64,000 bases of DNA from a virus (IMGVR_UViG_3300044709_000184:1-64000); one strand, 5' to 3'; positions 1-9,623 are shown, numbered from the stretch's first letter. Numbers and translations are program-made. Notes: generated from the sequence alone by a model not told the origin.

Positions 1-175
1 GGCCCGCCCGGTGCCCCTGACACCCGCCCTCCCGCCGCCCGGGCCCGTCCCTGACGGTCCGGCAGCGGCCGACCCTGTCACCCCGTCAGGGGGCGTCAGG
101 GACGACCACGGCGGCCCGTCAGTGTCACCCGCCGACACCACCGACTGACCCGGCCACGAAGGGACCAGCACCACG

Positions 176-541
176 ATGCCAACGCTCCCCCGTCACCTCA
201 CCGCCCTGCCCGGCCGCCCGGTCGTGGTCGCGGTCTCGGGCGCCCGCCCGCGCCCGCGCCCGGGCGCGCGTGAGCGTACAGGCGCGTGCGCAGGCCCACA
301 ACCGGGTGCCCGCGGGTGCCTGTCCGCGTGGCCCGCGCGGGTGCCGGCACACCGGTCTGGTGGTAGCGGCACGGCTAGCGGGGTAGCGGCACCGCTACCG
401 GCACCGCTACCGGCTGACCAGCACATACGGCCTCGGGTAGCGGGTAGCGCCCCGGCCGCCGCAGGGCGTGGGGGGCCAGTTTCCGGCCTGCGCCGGCCCG
501 CCCAGGCCGCTACCCGCTACCCGATGGGGGGCCGGTCGTGA
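176..541 (+). CDS. Low-complexity Pro/Ala/Arg ORF overlapping DNA repeats
   Basis: AAGGGA upstream; GTGA overlap with next gene; may be only partly coding. Confidence 0.35.
   Translation: MPTLPRHLTALPGRPVVVAVSGARPRPRPGARERTGACAGPQPGARGCLSAWPARVPAHRSGGSGTASGVAAPLPAPLPADQHIRPRVAGSAPAAAGRGGPVSGLRRPAQAATRYPMGGRS
362..521. repeat. Cluster of GGTAGCGG/CCGCTACC 8-mers (candidate TraB recognition/clt locus)
   Basis: Perfect copies at 362, 382, 392, 404, 436, 507, 514; near copies at about 374 and 443; function inferred. Confidence 0.6.
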
Positions 542-2673
542 CCACCCAGCCCATCGACGACGACGACATCGACACCGCGGGCGACGGCGCCCGGGTCTAC
601 CAGCTGCACACGGGGGTGGAGCTGGTCTCCCGCGGCAAGCTGCTGGACACCCACTACGAGTTCGACCTGGACGAGCCGCCCCTGGCCTCGACCGCACCGG
701 TGTACGTCGACGTCACCAGCCACGTCGATGACCTGCGCCCGATCATCCCGGCGGCGTTGCGGGGCCCGAACCTGGTGCCGACCGTCAAACGGGCCGCCGG
801 CCGTACCGGGCACCGCTTCGGCTACCACGCCGTCCGGTCGCCCGCCTATGTGGTGTTGTCGGGCTGGTGGGCGATCGTCGGGGTGTTCCGGCTGACCGGC
901 CGGCAGCTGCGCTGGTGGTGGCTGTCCGAGCAGCACCAGCTCCGGCAGGAGGCCGCCAACGCCAACGACCCGGCGACGTGGCTCAAGTTGCACCGCGAGG
1001 CCCGCAACGTGCGCCGGTGGCGGGGCATCGTGTTGTGCGCCGAGCTGGTCGCGCTCACCGTCGGGGCGGTGCTGATCGAGGTGCTGGCGCCCCACTGGGC
1101 GTGGGGCGTTGTTGCGGCCGTTGCGGTGCCGCTGCTGGCCCGCCTCGGCCGCCCCGACGGCCGACCGATCGTGTCCGCCGCCGTGGTCACCAGCCGGTAC
1201 CGCAAGCTGACCGCCGACATCGTGCTGCGGGCCTACTACGCGGCCGGCCTGGGCCACCCCGACAAGCCGGAACAGCAGATCATGTTCGGGGCGCCCATGG
1301 CCCGCGACGGCGAAGGTTCCCGGGTCACGGTCGACCTGCCGTACGGGAAGGGCTTCACCGACGCCGTCCAGCGCCGCGACCGCATCGCCTCCGGGCTCGA
1401 CGTGGCCCTGGCCCAGGTGTACATCCACCCCGACCCCACCTCTCACCGCCGCCACGTGTTGTGGGTCGCCGACCGTGACCCCCTGGCCATCTCCGCCGGC
1501 CGGACCCCGTTGCTGCGGCTCCGCCCGACCGACATCTGGGAGCCGGCCCCCCTCGGCCTGGACGAGCGGGGCCGGGCCGTGGCGGTGCCGATGCTGTGGC
1601 AGTCGATCCTGGTCGGGGCCGTACCCCGGGCCGGGAAGACGTTCAGCGCCCGACTGCTGGGCCTGTACGCGGCCCTGGACCCGTACGTGAAGCTGACCGT
1701 GTTCGACGGCAAGGGCTCTCCCGACTGGCGGTCGTTCCGGCTGGTCGCCGACCGGTGCGGCTTCGGCCTGGCCCTGTCCCGCGACGGCGACCCGGTCGAG
1801 CTGTTCCTCGAAGCGCTGCGTGAGATCAAGGGCGACGTGGAGCGCCGGTACCGGCTGCTGTCCGAGCTGCCGCCCGAGGTGTGCCCGGAAGGCAAGCTGA
1901 CCCGCGAGATCGCCCACACCCCCCGGTTCGGGATGCCGGTCCGGCTGGTCATCGTCGACGAGGTGCAGGAGTACTTCGACGTGGGCGGCGACCAGGGCAA
2001 GGAGATCGCCGGGCTGCTGGTCTACCTGGTGAAGGTGGCCCCCGGCGCCGGGGTGATCGTGCTCGACGCGACCCAGAAACCGTCCGGGGTCGGCACCGGC
2101 CAGGTCGCCAACGCGTTCACCACGTTCCGCGACCAGCACCAGATCCGGTTTGCGTTGCGGGTCGGGTCGTGGCAGGTGTCCGACGTGATCCTGGGCGCCG
2201 GCGCCTACAGCGAAGGTCTCGACGCCTCAACCCTCATGCCGACCTACAAGGGGGTCGGCATCCTGCGGGGGGCGTCGGACGCCTCGCCCACCGTGCGGAC
2301 CTACCTCGCCGACGGCCAGGACGCCGAACGGATCCTCACCGCGGCCAGGGTGATGCGGCAGCGGGCCGGGACCTTGTCCGGCATGGCCGCCGGTGAAGAC
2401 GTGACCCGCCAGACCCGCGACGTGCTGGCCGATGTGCGGTCGGTGTTCTACGCCGGTGAGGCCTTCGTCAGCTGGCAGCAGCTGGCCAGCCGGCTCGTCG
2501 GGCAGTACCCGGAGTTCTACGAGGCGCTGAGCCCGGAAGCCATCTCAGCCCAGGCCCGGGCCCTGGGCGTCCCGTCAGTCAACGGCAAGGAGAGGGGCGC
2601 CGTGCTCAAGGGCGCGAAGCTCGACGCGGTGGTCGGCGCGATCACCGCCCGCCAGATCGGGGCCGGGTCGTGA
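538..2673 (+). CDS. FtsK/SpoIIIE-family conjugal DNA translocase (TraB-like)
   Basis: N-terminal TM segments, Walker A GAVPRAGKT, Walker B VIVDE, ATQKP motif, C-terminal wHTH-like region. Confidence 0.88.
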   Translation: MTTQPIDDDDIDTAGDGARVYQLHTGVELVSRGKLLDTHYEFDLDEPPLASTAPVYVDVTSHVDDLRPIIPAALRGPNLVPTVKRAAGRTGHRFGYHAVRSPAYVVLSGWWAIVGVFRLTGRQLRWWWLSEQHQLRQEAANANDPATWLKLHREARNVRRWRGIVLCAELVALTVGAVLIEVLAPHWAWGVVAAVAVPLLARLGRPDGRPIVSAAVVTSRYRKLTADIVLRAYYAAGLGHPDKPEQQIMFGAPMARDGEGSRVTVDLPYGKGFTDAVQRRDRIASGLDVALAQVYIHPDPTSHRRHVLWVADRDPLAISAGRTPLLRLRPTDIWEPAPLGLDERGRAVAVPMLWQSILVGAVPRAGKTFSARLLGLYAALDPYVKLTVFDGKGSPDWRSFRLVADRCGFGLALSRDGDPVELFLEALREIKGDVERRYRLLSELPPEVCPEGKLTREIAHTPRFGMPVRLVIVDEVQEYFDVGGDQGKEIAGLLVYLVKVAPGAGVIVLDATQKPSGVGTGQVANAFTTFRDQHQIRFALRVGSWQVSDVILGAGAYSEGLDASTLMPTYKGVGILRGASDASPTVRTYLADGQDAERILTAARVMRQRAGTLSGMAAGEDVTRQTRDVLADVRSVFYAGEAFVSWQQLASRLVGQYPEFYEALSPEAISAQARALGVPSVNGKERGAVLKGAKLDAVVGAITARQIGAGS

Positions 2674-2891
2674 GCGCCGCCCCGGGCCGCCCCCAACGCG
2701 CCGACTACCTGGCGTCGGTCGCCGACACCGACGGCCACGCCGCCACCTGCGGCACCTGCCGGGCCGGTGGGGTGTGCGGCACCGCCGACCTGCTCATGGA
2801 ACGCGAGTACCGCGACCACGAAGACCTACGCACCGTCGACCCCCTGGCGGCCCGTGCCGTCGACCGGGCCACCTGGCCCACGGAAGGATGA
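2670..2891 (+). CDS. Small Cys/His protein
   Basis: HxxxCxxC...C; overlaps both neighbours. Confidence 0.65.
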   Translation: MSAAPGRPQRADYLASVADTDGHAATCGTCRAGGVCGTADLLMEREYRDHEDLRTVDPLAARAVDRATWPTEG

Positions 2892-4165
2892 CCATGCCCA
2901 CGCCCACGACTGTCCGAGGCCACGTCGGCCGTTTGATCCACCTGTACTGGCGGGAGGCCCTTGTCGTCCTCGCCCTGACCGTCACCGCCTGCGTGCCGCT
3001 GGCCATCCCGCAGTCCCGCCGGTACGCCCTGGGCTGGATGCGGTGCGGCCGTACCCGCCGCCTCATCCGGGCCGGCCTGGCCGCCACCAAGATGACCAAC
3101 ACGGCGGGCCAGGTGCCGCGGGTGCGGTCGGTGAAGGCCACCCCGGTCGGGGAGAGGGTGGAGCTGCGCACCCGGGCCGGCCATTCGGCTGAGCTGCTGT
3201 CGCTGCGTATGGAGGAGCTGCGGGCGGCGTTGAAGGCCCGCACGGTGCGCATCGACCGTGACCCCGAAGCCTCCAACAAGATCACGATGGAGGTGGTGCG
3301 GCGTGACCCGCTGGCCGCCGTCGCGATGGTGGCGTGGCTCGACCAGGACAAGCCGACCCTGTCGCTGTGGGACCCGATGCACCTGGGCACCACTGAGCTG
3401 GGCGTCGACCGTCGGCTCAGCCTGGTCGGCCGGGGCATCGTCGCCGGCGGCATCATGGACTCCGGCAAGTCGTCCCTGCTGAACCTGGTTGTAGCGACCG
3501 CGGCCAAGTCGCCTGCCGCGCTGTACCTGATCGACCCGCAGGGTGTGCAGTTCGGGCCGTGGCGGGCGCGGGCCACCATGTACGCCCAGAAGGACCCGGA
3601 CGAGGCTCTGGCGGTGTTGGAGGCCGTACAGGCCGAGATCGACGAGCGGCTGGCCGCGATGGAGGCCCTGCCGGGTGTGGTCCGCAAACTCACCCCCGCC
3701 GTGGCCGACCAGCTGGGCCTGCACCCGTTCGTGTTGGCGATCGACGAGCTGGCCTACCACACCGCCACCGTCGGGTCGGGCGCCCAGCGGGACCGGTTCG
3801 CGTCGACCGCCCGTGACGTGGTCTCACGCGGCCGGGCCGCCGGCCTCATCCCGGTCATGGCCACCCAGCGCCCCACCCAGGACGTCGTACCCCGGGCCCT
3901 CACCGACCTGTTCGGCATCCGGGTCGCGTTCAAAACCGCCAACGACGCCAACAGCGACATCCTCCTCGGCACCGGCCTGGCCGCCCGCGGCTACAACGCC
4001 GCCGACATCGACCTCGAATCCCGGGGCGTGGGGCTGCTGCTGGGCCCCAGCGGAATACCGGAACGCATCAAGGTCGCATGGGTGTCTGACGACGTCATCG
4101 ACGGTCTGGCCAGCACCACCGTCGCCTTCAAGCCCCGCCGCGCCAGCGTTGCCGCGGCGGCCTAA
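2888..4165 (+). CDS. Second FtsK/SpoIIIE-family ATPase (short TraB-like)
   Basis: One TM, Walker A GIMDSGKS, Walker B LAIDE, ATQRP; ends just after the ATPase domain. Confidence 0.85.
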   Translation: MTMPTPTTVRGHVGRLIHLYWREALVVLALTVTACVPLAIPQSRRYALGWMRCGRTRRLIRAGLAATKMTNTAGQVPRVRSVKATPVGERVELRTRAGHSAELLSLRMEELRAALKARTVRIDRDPEASNKITMEVVRRDPLAAVAMVAWLDQDKPTLSLWDPMHLGTTELGVDRRLSLVGRGIVAGGIMDSGKSSLLNLVVATAAKSPAALYLIDPQGVQFGPWRARATMYAQKDPDEALAVLEAVQAEIDERLAAMEALPGVVRKLTPAVADQLGLHPFVLAIDELAYHTATVGSGAQRDRFASTARDVVSRGRAAGLIPVMATQRPTQDVVPRALTDLFGIRVAFKTANDANSDILLGTGLAARGYNAADIDLESRGVGLLLGPSGIPERIKVAWVSDDVIDGLASTTVAFKPRRASVAAAA

Positions 4166-4192
4166 CCCCTGGCCACAGAAAGGAGCCACACC

Positions 4193-4408
4193 ATGACCGA
4201 CGGCCGGCCAGCCAGGGCGACCCGGGCCGTGCAGCTCGCGCTGGACGCGATCGCGTGGCAGGCGTCAGACGACCCGCACCCGCCGGCGTCGATACGGGGA
4301 CTGTCAACCGCCGACCAGGCCGCCCTGGCCAGGGCGGCGCACCGGGCGGTGGCGGCGGCTGACGCCCTCGCCGCCCGGTCGGTCGAAAGAGGAGCCGAAC
4401 AGGAATGA
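4193..4408 (+). CDS. Hypothetical protein
   Basis: AAAGGAG RBS. Confidence 0.65.
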   Translation: MTDGRPARATRAVQLALDAIAWQASDDPHPPASIRGLSTADQAALARAAHRAVAAADALAARSVERGAEQE

Positions 4409-4539
4409 GCAAACCGTCCAGGGCCCAACAGCGGGCCGAACTCGCCGACAACAACGACAACCAGGGCAGTACGGCACTTGACGACAAGTACCGGGCCGCC
4501 GAGCTGGCCCGCCGGGCCGGCACCCCCACCCGCCGGTAA
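4405..4539 (+). CDS. Hypothetical 44-aa protein
   Basis: ATGA overlap; not in ORF track. Confidence 0.45.
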   Translation: MSKPSRAQQRAELADNNDNQGSTALDDKYRAAELARRAGTPTRR

Positions 4540-4754
4540 CCGCCTACCTACCCAAGGCCGGGGCGCTGCCCGACCCTGCATCAGCCAGCGCCCCGGCACC
4601 CACCACCGAACTGGAGGGCACCCCCGATGTTGCACCGCCTCGTGGCCCGGCTGTACGAGCGGGTCACCCACAAGCCGTACTGGACCACGGTGCAGTGGCG
4701 GCCCGTCGCCGCCCAGCCGCCGGCCACCGCCGACGCAACGCAGACGGCCCGCCC

Positions 4755-5099
4755 GTGATCAAGCTGAGCCGTCTCCTGCGGCCCGCACCGCCGCCGGCTG
4801 TGCACCGCCGGCGCCCTCGCCGGCCCACGCATCCGGAGTGGTGTGGCCGGTCGCACGTGTGCACGGCCGAGACGATGACCGGCGGCGAGCACCGCTCCCA
4901 CCCGGTCACCATGGACACCGACCGGGGCCGGGTCGTCCTGACGCGGGTGCAGACCCGCCGGGGCGCCAACCGGATGGAGGTCCGGGCGGTGGTCGACCTG
5001 CCCACCGACCCGGACGAGGCCCGCGCCTACGCCGCCATCGTCACCAGGCAGCTGTGCGAGGCCACCGTCGTCACCGTGCCGGCCGGGGTCGGCCGGTGA
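4755..5099 (+). CDS. Hypothetical protein (HPxWC...C...H motif)
   Basis: GTGA coupling to a short upstream ORF at 4627-4758. Confidence 0.6.
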   Translation: MIKLSRLLRPAPPPAVHRRRPRRPTHPEWCGRSHVCTAETMTGGEHRSHPVTMDTDRGRVVLTRVQTRRGANRMEVRAVVDLPTDPDEARAYAAIVTRQLCEATVVTVPAGVGR

Positions 5100-5362
5100 A
5101 CGGGACCGTTGTCGCCGCCGCCGCGGTCGGGGTCCTCGGCCTGGTCGCGTTCGGCGTCTATTGGGTGGCGTGTCTGCTGTGGCCGTTCGCGGCGTGCCTC
5201 AAATGCGACGGCGACGGCAAGACCCGCTCACCGTCGGGCAAGACGTCGCGGCCCTGCCGGCGGTGCGACGGCACCGGCCGGCGGCTGCGGTTCGGCCGCC
5301 ACGTCATCAACTACTTGCGGGAGTCCCGAGCCGACGAGCGCCGGGCCACCCGGCGCCGCTGA
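5096..5362 (+). CDS. Membrane-anchored DnaJ-type zinc-finger protein
   Basis: TM then CLKCDGDG...CRRCDGTG; type often seen near actinomycete traB genes. Confidence 0.7.
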   Translation: MNGTVVAAAAVGVLGLVAFGVYWVACLLWPFAACLKCDGDGKTRSPSGKTSRPCRRCDGTGRRLRFGRHVINYLRESRADERRATRRR

Positions 5363-5372
5363 GAGGAGCGCC

Positions 5373-5633
5373 ATGAATCGGTACAACAGCCAGGAGGAAC
5401 GGGCCGCAGCGATCGAAAGCGGCGCAGCCACCGTGCGCGGCTCGACCCTGCAAGACGGCCGCAAGCACTACGCGCTGATGCGCTACCGCACCGACGGCAG
5501 CTCGGAGGTCGCCGTCAACTACACCGGCACCGACAACGACAACCTTGACGCGGCCCTGGCCCAGGAACGCCGCTACCACTTCGGCCCACACGCCGAGGGT
5601 GTGGACGGTTACGGCGCGGAGAGGATCTCGTGA
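5373..5633 (+). CDS. Hypothetical protein
   Basis: GAGGAG RBS. Confidence 0.65.
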   Translation: MNRYNSQEERAAAIESGAATVRGSTLQDGRKHYALMRYRTDGSSEVAVNYTGTDNDNLDAALAQERRYHFGPHAEGVDGYGAERIS

Positions 5634-5908
5634 TGGCGGAGAAGCCTCAGCACGGCCCCCGCGGCGGCCCCTACGCCAACGACCCCCGGGTCACCCGCGA
5701 CGAGGGCCGGCCCGGCTACCGGCTGCCCTCCGGCGACGGCGACGACTGGCGGGTGCGGCCCTCCCGCGCGGGCTGGCTCGCCGACAGCGCACACGGCCAG
5801 GTCGCGATGGACCCGACCGACACCCACAACCGGCGCCGGCGCGGCTTCGCCAGCGCCGACGACGCGATCGGCTACGTCATCGGCGACCCGCAGGGGGCTG
5901 AGGGATGA
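5630..5908 (+). CDS. Hypothetical protein, probable paralog of 6764-7045
   Basis: YxxDPRV ... GDP motifs. Confidence 0.65.
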   Translation: MMAEKPQHGPRGGPYANDPRVTRDEGRPGYRLPSGDGDDWRVRPSRAGWLADSAHGQVAMDPTDTHNRRRRGFASADDAIGYVIGDPQGAEG

Positions 5909-6135
5909 GTGACAAGACGACGGCCGAGCTGATCGAGGCGGCCAAGGCGAAGGTATCCGAGGCCATGGCCCGGCTCGACGAAGCCCGCCAAGTCCTCGCC
6001 AGCAAGCCCACCGACGAGCCGACCGACGCCGACAACGCCTACGCCGACCAGTTCAGCGTCGCCACCGGCACGGCCTACCGCGAGCTGTACCGCGTCAGCC
6101 GCCCGGGTCGCCCGACGCGCGGAGGGCAGCAATGA
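5905..6135 (+). CDS. Hypothetical protein
   Basis: ATGA-coupled. Confidence 0.65.
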   Translation: MSDKTTAELIEAAKAKVSEAMARLDEARQVLASKPTDEPTDADNAYADQFSVATGTAYRELYRVSRPGRPTRGGQQ

Positions 6136-6365
6136 GCGGCGACGACCAGAGAGGGGAGAAGCGCCGTGCGGCGCTCCGTGCGGCGGGCCGGCGTGACGGC
6201 TACGCCGTGGGGCGCAGCGGCATCGACCCGGACGGGAACCCGGCCGCGTACGACGAGGCATCCTTCCCGTCCAGCGAGTACCGCCAGGGGCTGCGGGAGG
6301 GCCGCGCACAACGCATCGACGACTACACGGCGGCGAGGGGGGGCCACGATGACGGACTCGGCTGA
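6132..6365 (+). CDS. Hypothetical protein
   Basis: ATGA-coupled. Confidence 0.6.
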   Translation: MSGDDQRGEKRRAALRAAGRRDGYAVGRSGIDPDGNPAAYDEASFPSSEYRQGLREGRAQRIDDYTAARGGHDDGLG

Positions 6366-6567
6366 CAGCGAAGACCTGTACCGGGTCGTGTTGCGCGGTC
6401 GGGCCGGCGGCGTCGTGGCCAGCTCGCCCCGCAGCCGGGACGAGGCAACGAACGGAACGGCATTCGTGCTCGACACGTTCGCGGCCGACCTGGCATCGGG
6501 TGATATGACCATCGAGGTGGTCAGCGACCGGGCCTACCGGGCCGAGCAGGCCGGCGGGGGCGCCTGA
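6349..6567 (+). CDS. Hypothetical protein
   Basis: G-rich RBS, codon bias. Confidence 0.6.
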   Translation: MTDSADSEDLYRVVLRGRAGGVVASSPRSRDEATNGTAFVLDTFAADLASGDMTIEVVSDRAYRAEQAGGGA

Positions 6568-6767
6568 TGGCCGGCGAGCGGTGGACGGCCGAGACGGCCA
6601 GCGATGAGATCGAGGCCCGGCGTGAACGCAACGCCCCGGTGTTCCCGAACGCGACCCGCGACGAGTACGCCTGGAACCTGGTCAACGAGGCCATGGTCCG
6701 CGACGGGGCGACCATCCCGGAGCGGCTCGACGAGGTGCGCGAGGTGCTGCGCGCCGTAGACCGATGA
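6567..6767 (+). CDS. Hypothetical protein
   Basis: TGATG coupling. Confidence 0.6.
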   Translation: MAGERWTAETASDEIEARRERNAPVFPNATRDEYAWNLVNEAMVRDGATIPERLDEVREVLRAVDR

Positions 6768-7045
6768 GCCATGGACCCACCTCCTACGACGACGACCCCC
6801 GCGTCGAGGCGACCGCCACCGGCTGGTCGTTCGAATGGCACGGCGAGGTCTACCGCCTGGGCCCAGCCGACCAGGCCGCGTTTGCGGCGGCCTGGTCGGC
6901 TGGCCTGGTCGACGGGGCAGCTGAGGCCCTGTACGCCTTCGGCCACAACGGGTGGGCGGTCACCAACCCGGCCGGTACGCAGCTGCTCCTGTACACCGAC
7001 CCGGAGCAGGCCTTGCGGTTCTTCCTCGGCGACCCCCGGCCCTGA
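6764..7045 (+). CDS. Hypothetical protein, probable paralog of 5630-5908
   Basis: YDDDPRV ... LGDP. Confidence 0.65.
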   Translation: MSHGPTSYDDDPRVEATATGWSFEWHGEVYRLGPADQAAFAAAWSAGLVDGAAEALYAFGHNGWAVTNPAGTQLLLYTDPEQALRFFLGDPRP

Positions 7046-7245
7046 CCACCAGGTCGACCGGACGACCCGGCCGGGGTCGCACGTCGACCGGCCCGTGTAC
7101 CGGCCGGCACACCCGGCCCGGCCGAACGGACAAACCCGCCCAGCGCACGTAACACCGACAGGGCCCGCCGCCGATGATTCGGGTGCGGGCCCTCAACCTG
7201 GGCCCGGGCCTGGGGGACGCTGCCGAGGCAAAGGGGGCGAAGAGG

Positions 7246-7470
7246 ATGCGTGCTGGTGATCTGATCCTGCTCAGTCGGGCGGCCTCACCGCAGTTCGTGA
7301 AACCGATCGGCTTCCGGGTCATCCGCGAAGAGCCGGCCACCACCGCCGAGGGCGACGGTTGGGTGTGGCTTGACGGCTACGAGGTCGACGAGCAGGGCGA
7401 AGCGGTAGAGCGCAGGCTGGTGTTCGTGCAGCGGACCGGGGTGCGGCCCCTACCGCCGGGCAGGCGGTGA
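7246..7470 (+). CDS. Micromonosporaceae-type conserved small protein
   Basis: RAGD...RAASPQF...FRVIR...GWVWLDGYE...RR.FVQ pattern recalled from Micromonospora hypotheticals. Confidence 0.7.
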   Translation: MRAGDLILLSRAASPQFVKPIGFRVIREEPATTAEGDGWVWLDGYEVDEQGEAVERRLVFVQRTGVRPLPPGRR

Positions 7471-7757
7471 ACGCCGCCGCGGTGGCCGACCCGGACACGG
7501 GGGAGCGGCGCCGCCTCACCGTCGAAGGGCTCGTCGACCAGCTCGTGTGGTGGCTCAAGGGGTCCGGTGCGACACCGCCCCCATCGGTGGCTGCCCTGCC
7601 CGAAGACGAGCAGCGCCGCATCTGGCTGCACATCGAGAGTCTCGCCCGCCGGTCAGGGGCCGCCGCCATCCAGGCTCTGCTCGACGGCCTGGTTTCCCAG
7701 AATCAACCCCACCAAACGACCACGCTCAATGGGCCGGGCGGCCCTGCCGGACCGTAG
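7467..7757 (+). CDS. Hypothetical protein
   Basis: GTGA-coupled. Confidence 0.55.
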   Translation: MNAAAVADPDTGERRRLTVEGLVDQLVWWLKGSGATPPPSVAALPEDEQRRIWLHIESLARRSGAAAIQALLDGLVSQNQPHQTTTLNGPGGPAGP

Positions 7758-7811
7758 CCGCCGGCCGGCACACTGGTGCGCTGGGGTGGTGACCTACGGG
7801 GCGTGCGTGGG

Positions 7812-8336
7812 TTACCGCCCCACATGGATGTCCACGCCGGTGAAGGCGTGGCAGCGGGCGCAGTAGCCGTGGGTGGCGTCGTTCGGGTTGTGCGACACGA
7901 CCAGGCAGCGGGGGCAGGTGAACGACTCGCCGGCGGCGGCCACGTTGACCCGGGCCGCGTAGGCAGCGTTCAGGGCAACCCTCGCCAGGTCGCCGCCCGT
8001 CGCCGCCCCGGGCGGCAGCGAGTCGAGGGCTGCCGCGGCCGCAGCGTAGTCGGCTTCGGTCGGCGGGGCCGGCGGCGGCTGGTCGACGGCCGGGTCCGTC
8101 ATGGCGACCTGGGCGAGGTAGCCGCCGACGCGGGTCACCTGGTCTTGGATGTCGTCCTCGGTAACCCCGCCGATGATGACGATGGGCAGCGGCGCGAACC
8201 CCACGTCGGCGGCGTTGAATGCGATCGGCTTGTCGATGCCCAGCCGGGCCATGTTCTCGGCCGACAGACCGATGAGCAGCACCGGGCCGCCCCCGGTCCG
8301 TGACCGCAACGCTGCTTTGATCATCGAGCGGTGCAA
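7812..8336 (-). CDS. Hypothetical protein with C-terminal zinc ribbon
   Basis: CPRC...CARC; start uncertain. Confidence 0.65.
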   Translation of the reverse strand: MHRSMIKAALRSRTGGGPVLLIGLSAENMARLGIDKPIAFNAADVGFAPLPIVIIGGVTEDDIQDQVTRVGGYLAQVAMTDPAVDQPPPAPPTEADYAAAAAALDSLPPGAATGGDLARVALNAAYAARVNVAAAGESFTCPRCLVVSHNPNDATHGYCARCHAFTGVDIHVGR

Positions 8337-8362
8337 CGAGCCGGTGCAGTGGCCGGAAACGC

Positions 8363-8414
8363 AAAAAGGGCCCCGGCCCGCCCCCGTGTCGGTCGGAGGC
8401 GGGCCGGAGCCCTT
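8363..8414 (-). terminator. Intrinsic terminator of the 14.3 to 8.4 kb operon
   Basis: About 20-bp GC stem followed by TTTTT on the minus strand. Confidence 0.75.
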
Positions 8415-8683
8415 GTGGGTGTGCGGTCGTGCGGGTGCGGTCCAGCGGAACGCACAGGGGCTCTCAGCGGGCCGTGTCAGCCGGCGGAGCCGTCGGGGTA
8501 CAGGTGCGGCTCACTGTCCAGATGTGCCCGCACCCGGGCCTCGACCATCTCATCGATCAGGTTGGCCAGGACGTCGACCACCATCTGGGGCCCGCGCCTC
8601 AGCGCCGGTGCCGTCGGCCGGGTCGAGGGCCTCAGTGAGGTACGTGACCAGCTCGGTGCGCCGCGCTACGTGGTGTTCGCCGC

Positions 8684-8884
8684 TCATGTCGGTAGGTGTC
8701 CTTCGGCCAGCAGTTGTTCCAGGTCGGCGGCGACGGGCTCGGCCATGAGGAGCAGCACCGGCCCGTCCTGCCCGGCGAGGGTGACGATGATGCCGACCTT
8801 GGTCTGCCCGTCGGTTGTGTCTCGCCCGATCATGGCTGTGGTCGTGTCGACCTGAAAGATGCCGGTGATCTCAACGCGGTCCAT
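8684..8884 (-). CDS. Hypothetical protein
   Basis: Starts 1 nt after upstream stop. Confidence 0.6.
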   Translation of the reverse strand: MDRVEITGIFQVDTTTAMIGRDTTDGQTKVGIIVTLAGQDGPVLLLMAEPVAADLEQLLAEGHLPT

Positions 8885-8885
8885 G

Positions 8886-9350
8886 TCAGCACCGCTCACA
8901 GGTGCGCATCCCGGCCCGCCATTCAGAGCCGGCGACCCGATGTCCGCAGGTGCCGACCACGAAGCCCTCAAGCATCTCGGCCGGCAGGTCCGGGTGATGG
9001 AACGGCGTGCCGGGCTCGGCCAGGGTGACGGCCGGGTTGGTGGTCGGGATCGCCACGAGCTTGCCGCCGTCGGGGCCCTTGATGTAGGTGACTCCCTCCT
9101 CAGCGCCGTCGATGTCGATGACCTGATACGCGCCGGCCGGCAGGGCATAGCCGCGGCCGGTGTGGGCGATGCCCGTGATCTGTTCGTTGAGGATTGCCAG
9201 CATGCGAGGTCCTTCCATGGTTTGGGCCGCGGCCCAGGCCGCGCTGAAACTGGCGTCCAGCTCGGCCCGGGTCGGCGGTGGTGTGTCGTCGCGGAACGCC
9301 TCACGCAGCAGGGCGTCCACCTCGCCATCGGTCAGCTCTTCGCCGGCCAT
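8886..9350 (-). CDS. Hypothetical protein with C-terminal Zn motif
   Basis: CGH...CERC. Confidence 0.65.
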   Translation of the reverse strand: MAGEELTDGEVDALLREAFRDDTPPPTRAELDASFSAAWAAAQTMEGPRMLAILNEQITGIAHTGRGYALPAGAYQVIDIDGAEEGVTYIKGPDGGKLVAIPTTNPAVTLAEPGTPFHHPDLPAEMLEGFVVGTCGHRVAGSEWRAGMRTCERC

Positions 9351-9356
9351 CGGGTG

Positions 9357-9593
9357 CTACCAGCCCAGCGCTTCGCGGGCGTCGCCGTTGAGGTAGTCGA
9401 GCTGGCCGCCGTCGGCGACGTAGACGACGTCTTTACGGCCGTCAAGGTCAGCGACGGCGTAAACCTCGGCCGCGACAACTGAGCCGATCGAGTGGGCAAA
9501 CGGGTGGGCGGGCTGAACAGCCAGCTGGATCGGGGTGCCGCGGTCGAACTCTCCGAGCGCGTCGATCAGGTCGCCGACGGTCAGAATGGCCAT
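9357..9593 (-). CDS. Hypothetical phage protein
   Basis: AGGAGGAG RBS. Confidence 0.7.
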   Translation of the reverse strand: MAILTVGDLIDALGEFDRGTPIQLAVQPAHPFAHSIGSVVAAEVYAVADLDGRKDVVYVADGGQLDYLNGDAREALGW

Positions 9594-9623
9594 GGGGGTA
9601 CTCCTCCTGTGTGTTGGGTCGGA

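Noticed and set aside
7046-7140. ACCGG/CCCGG-rich intergenic stretch as a clt locus
   Set aside because: Copies are too degenerate for DNA this GC-rich.
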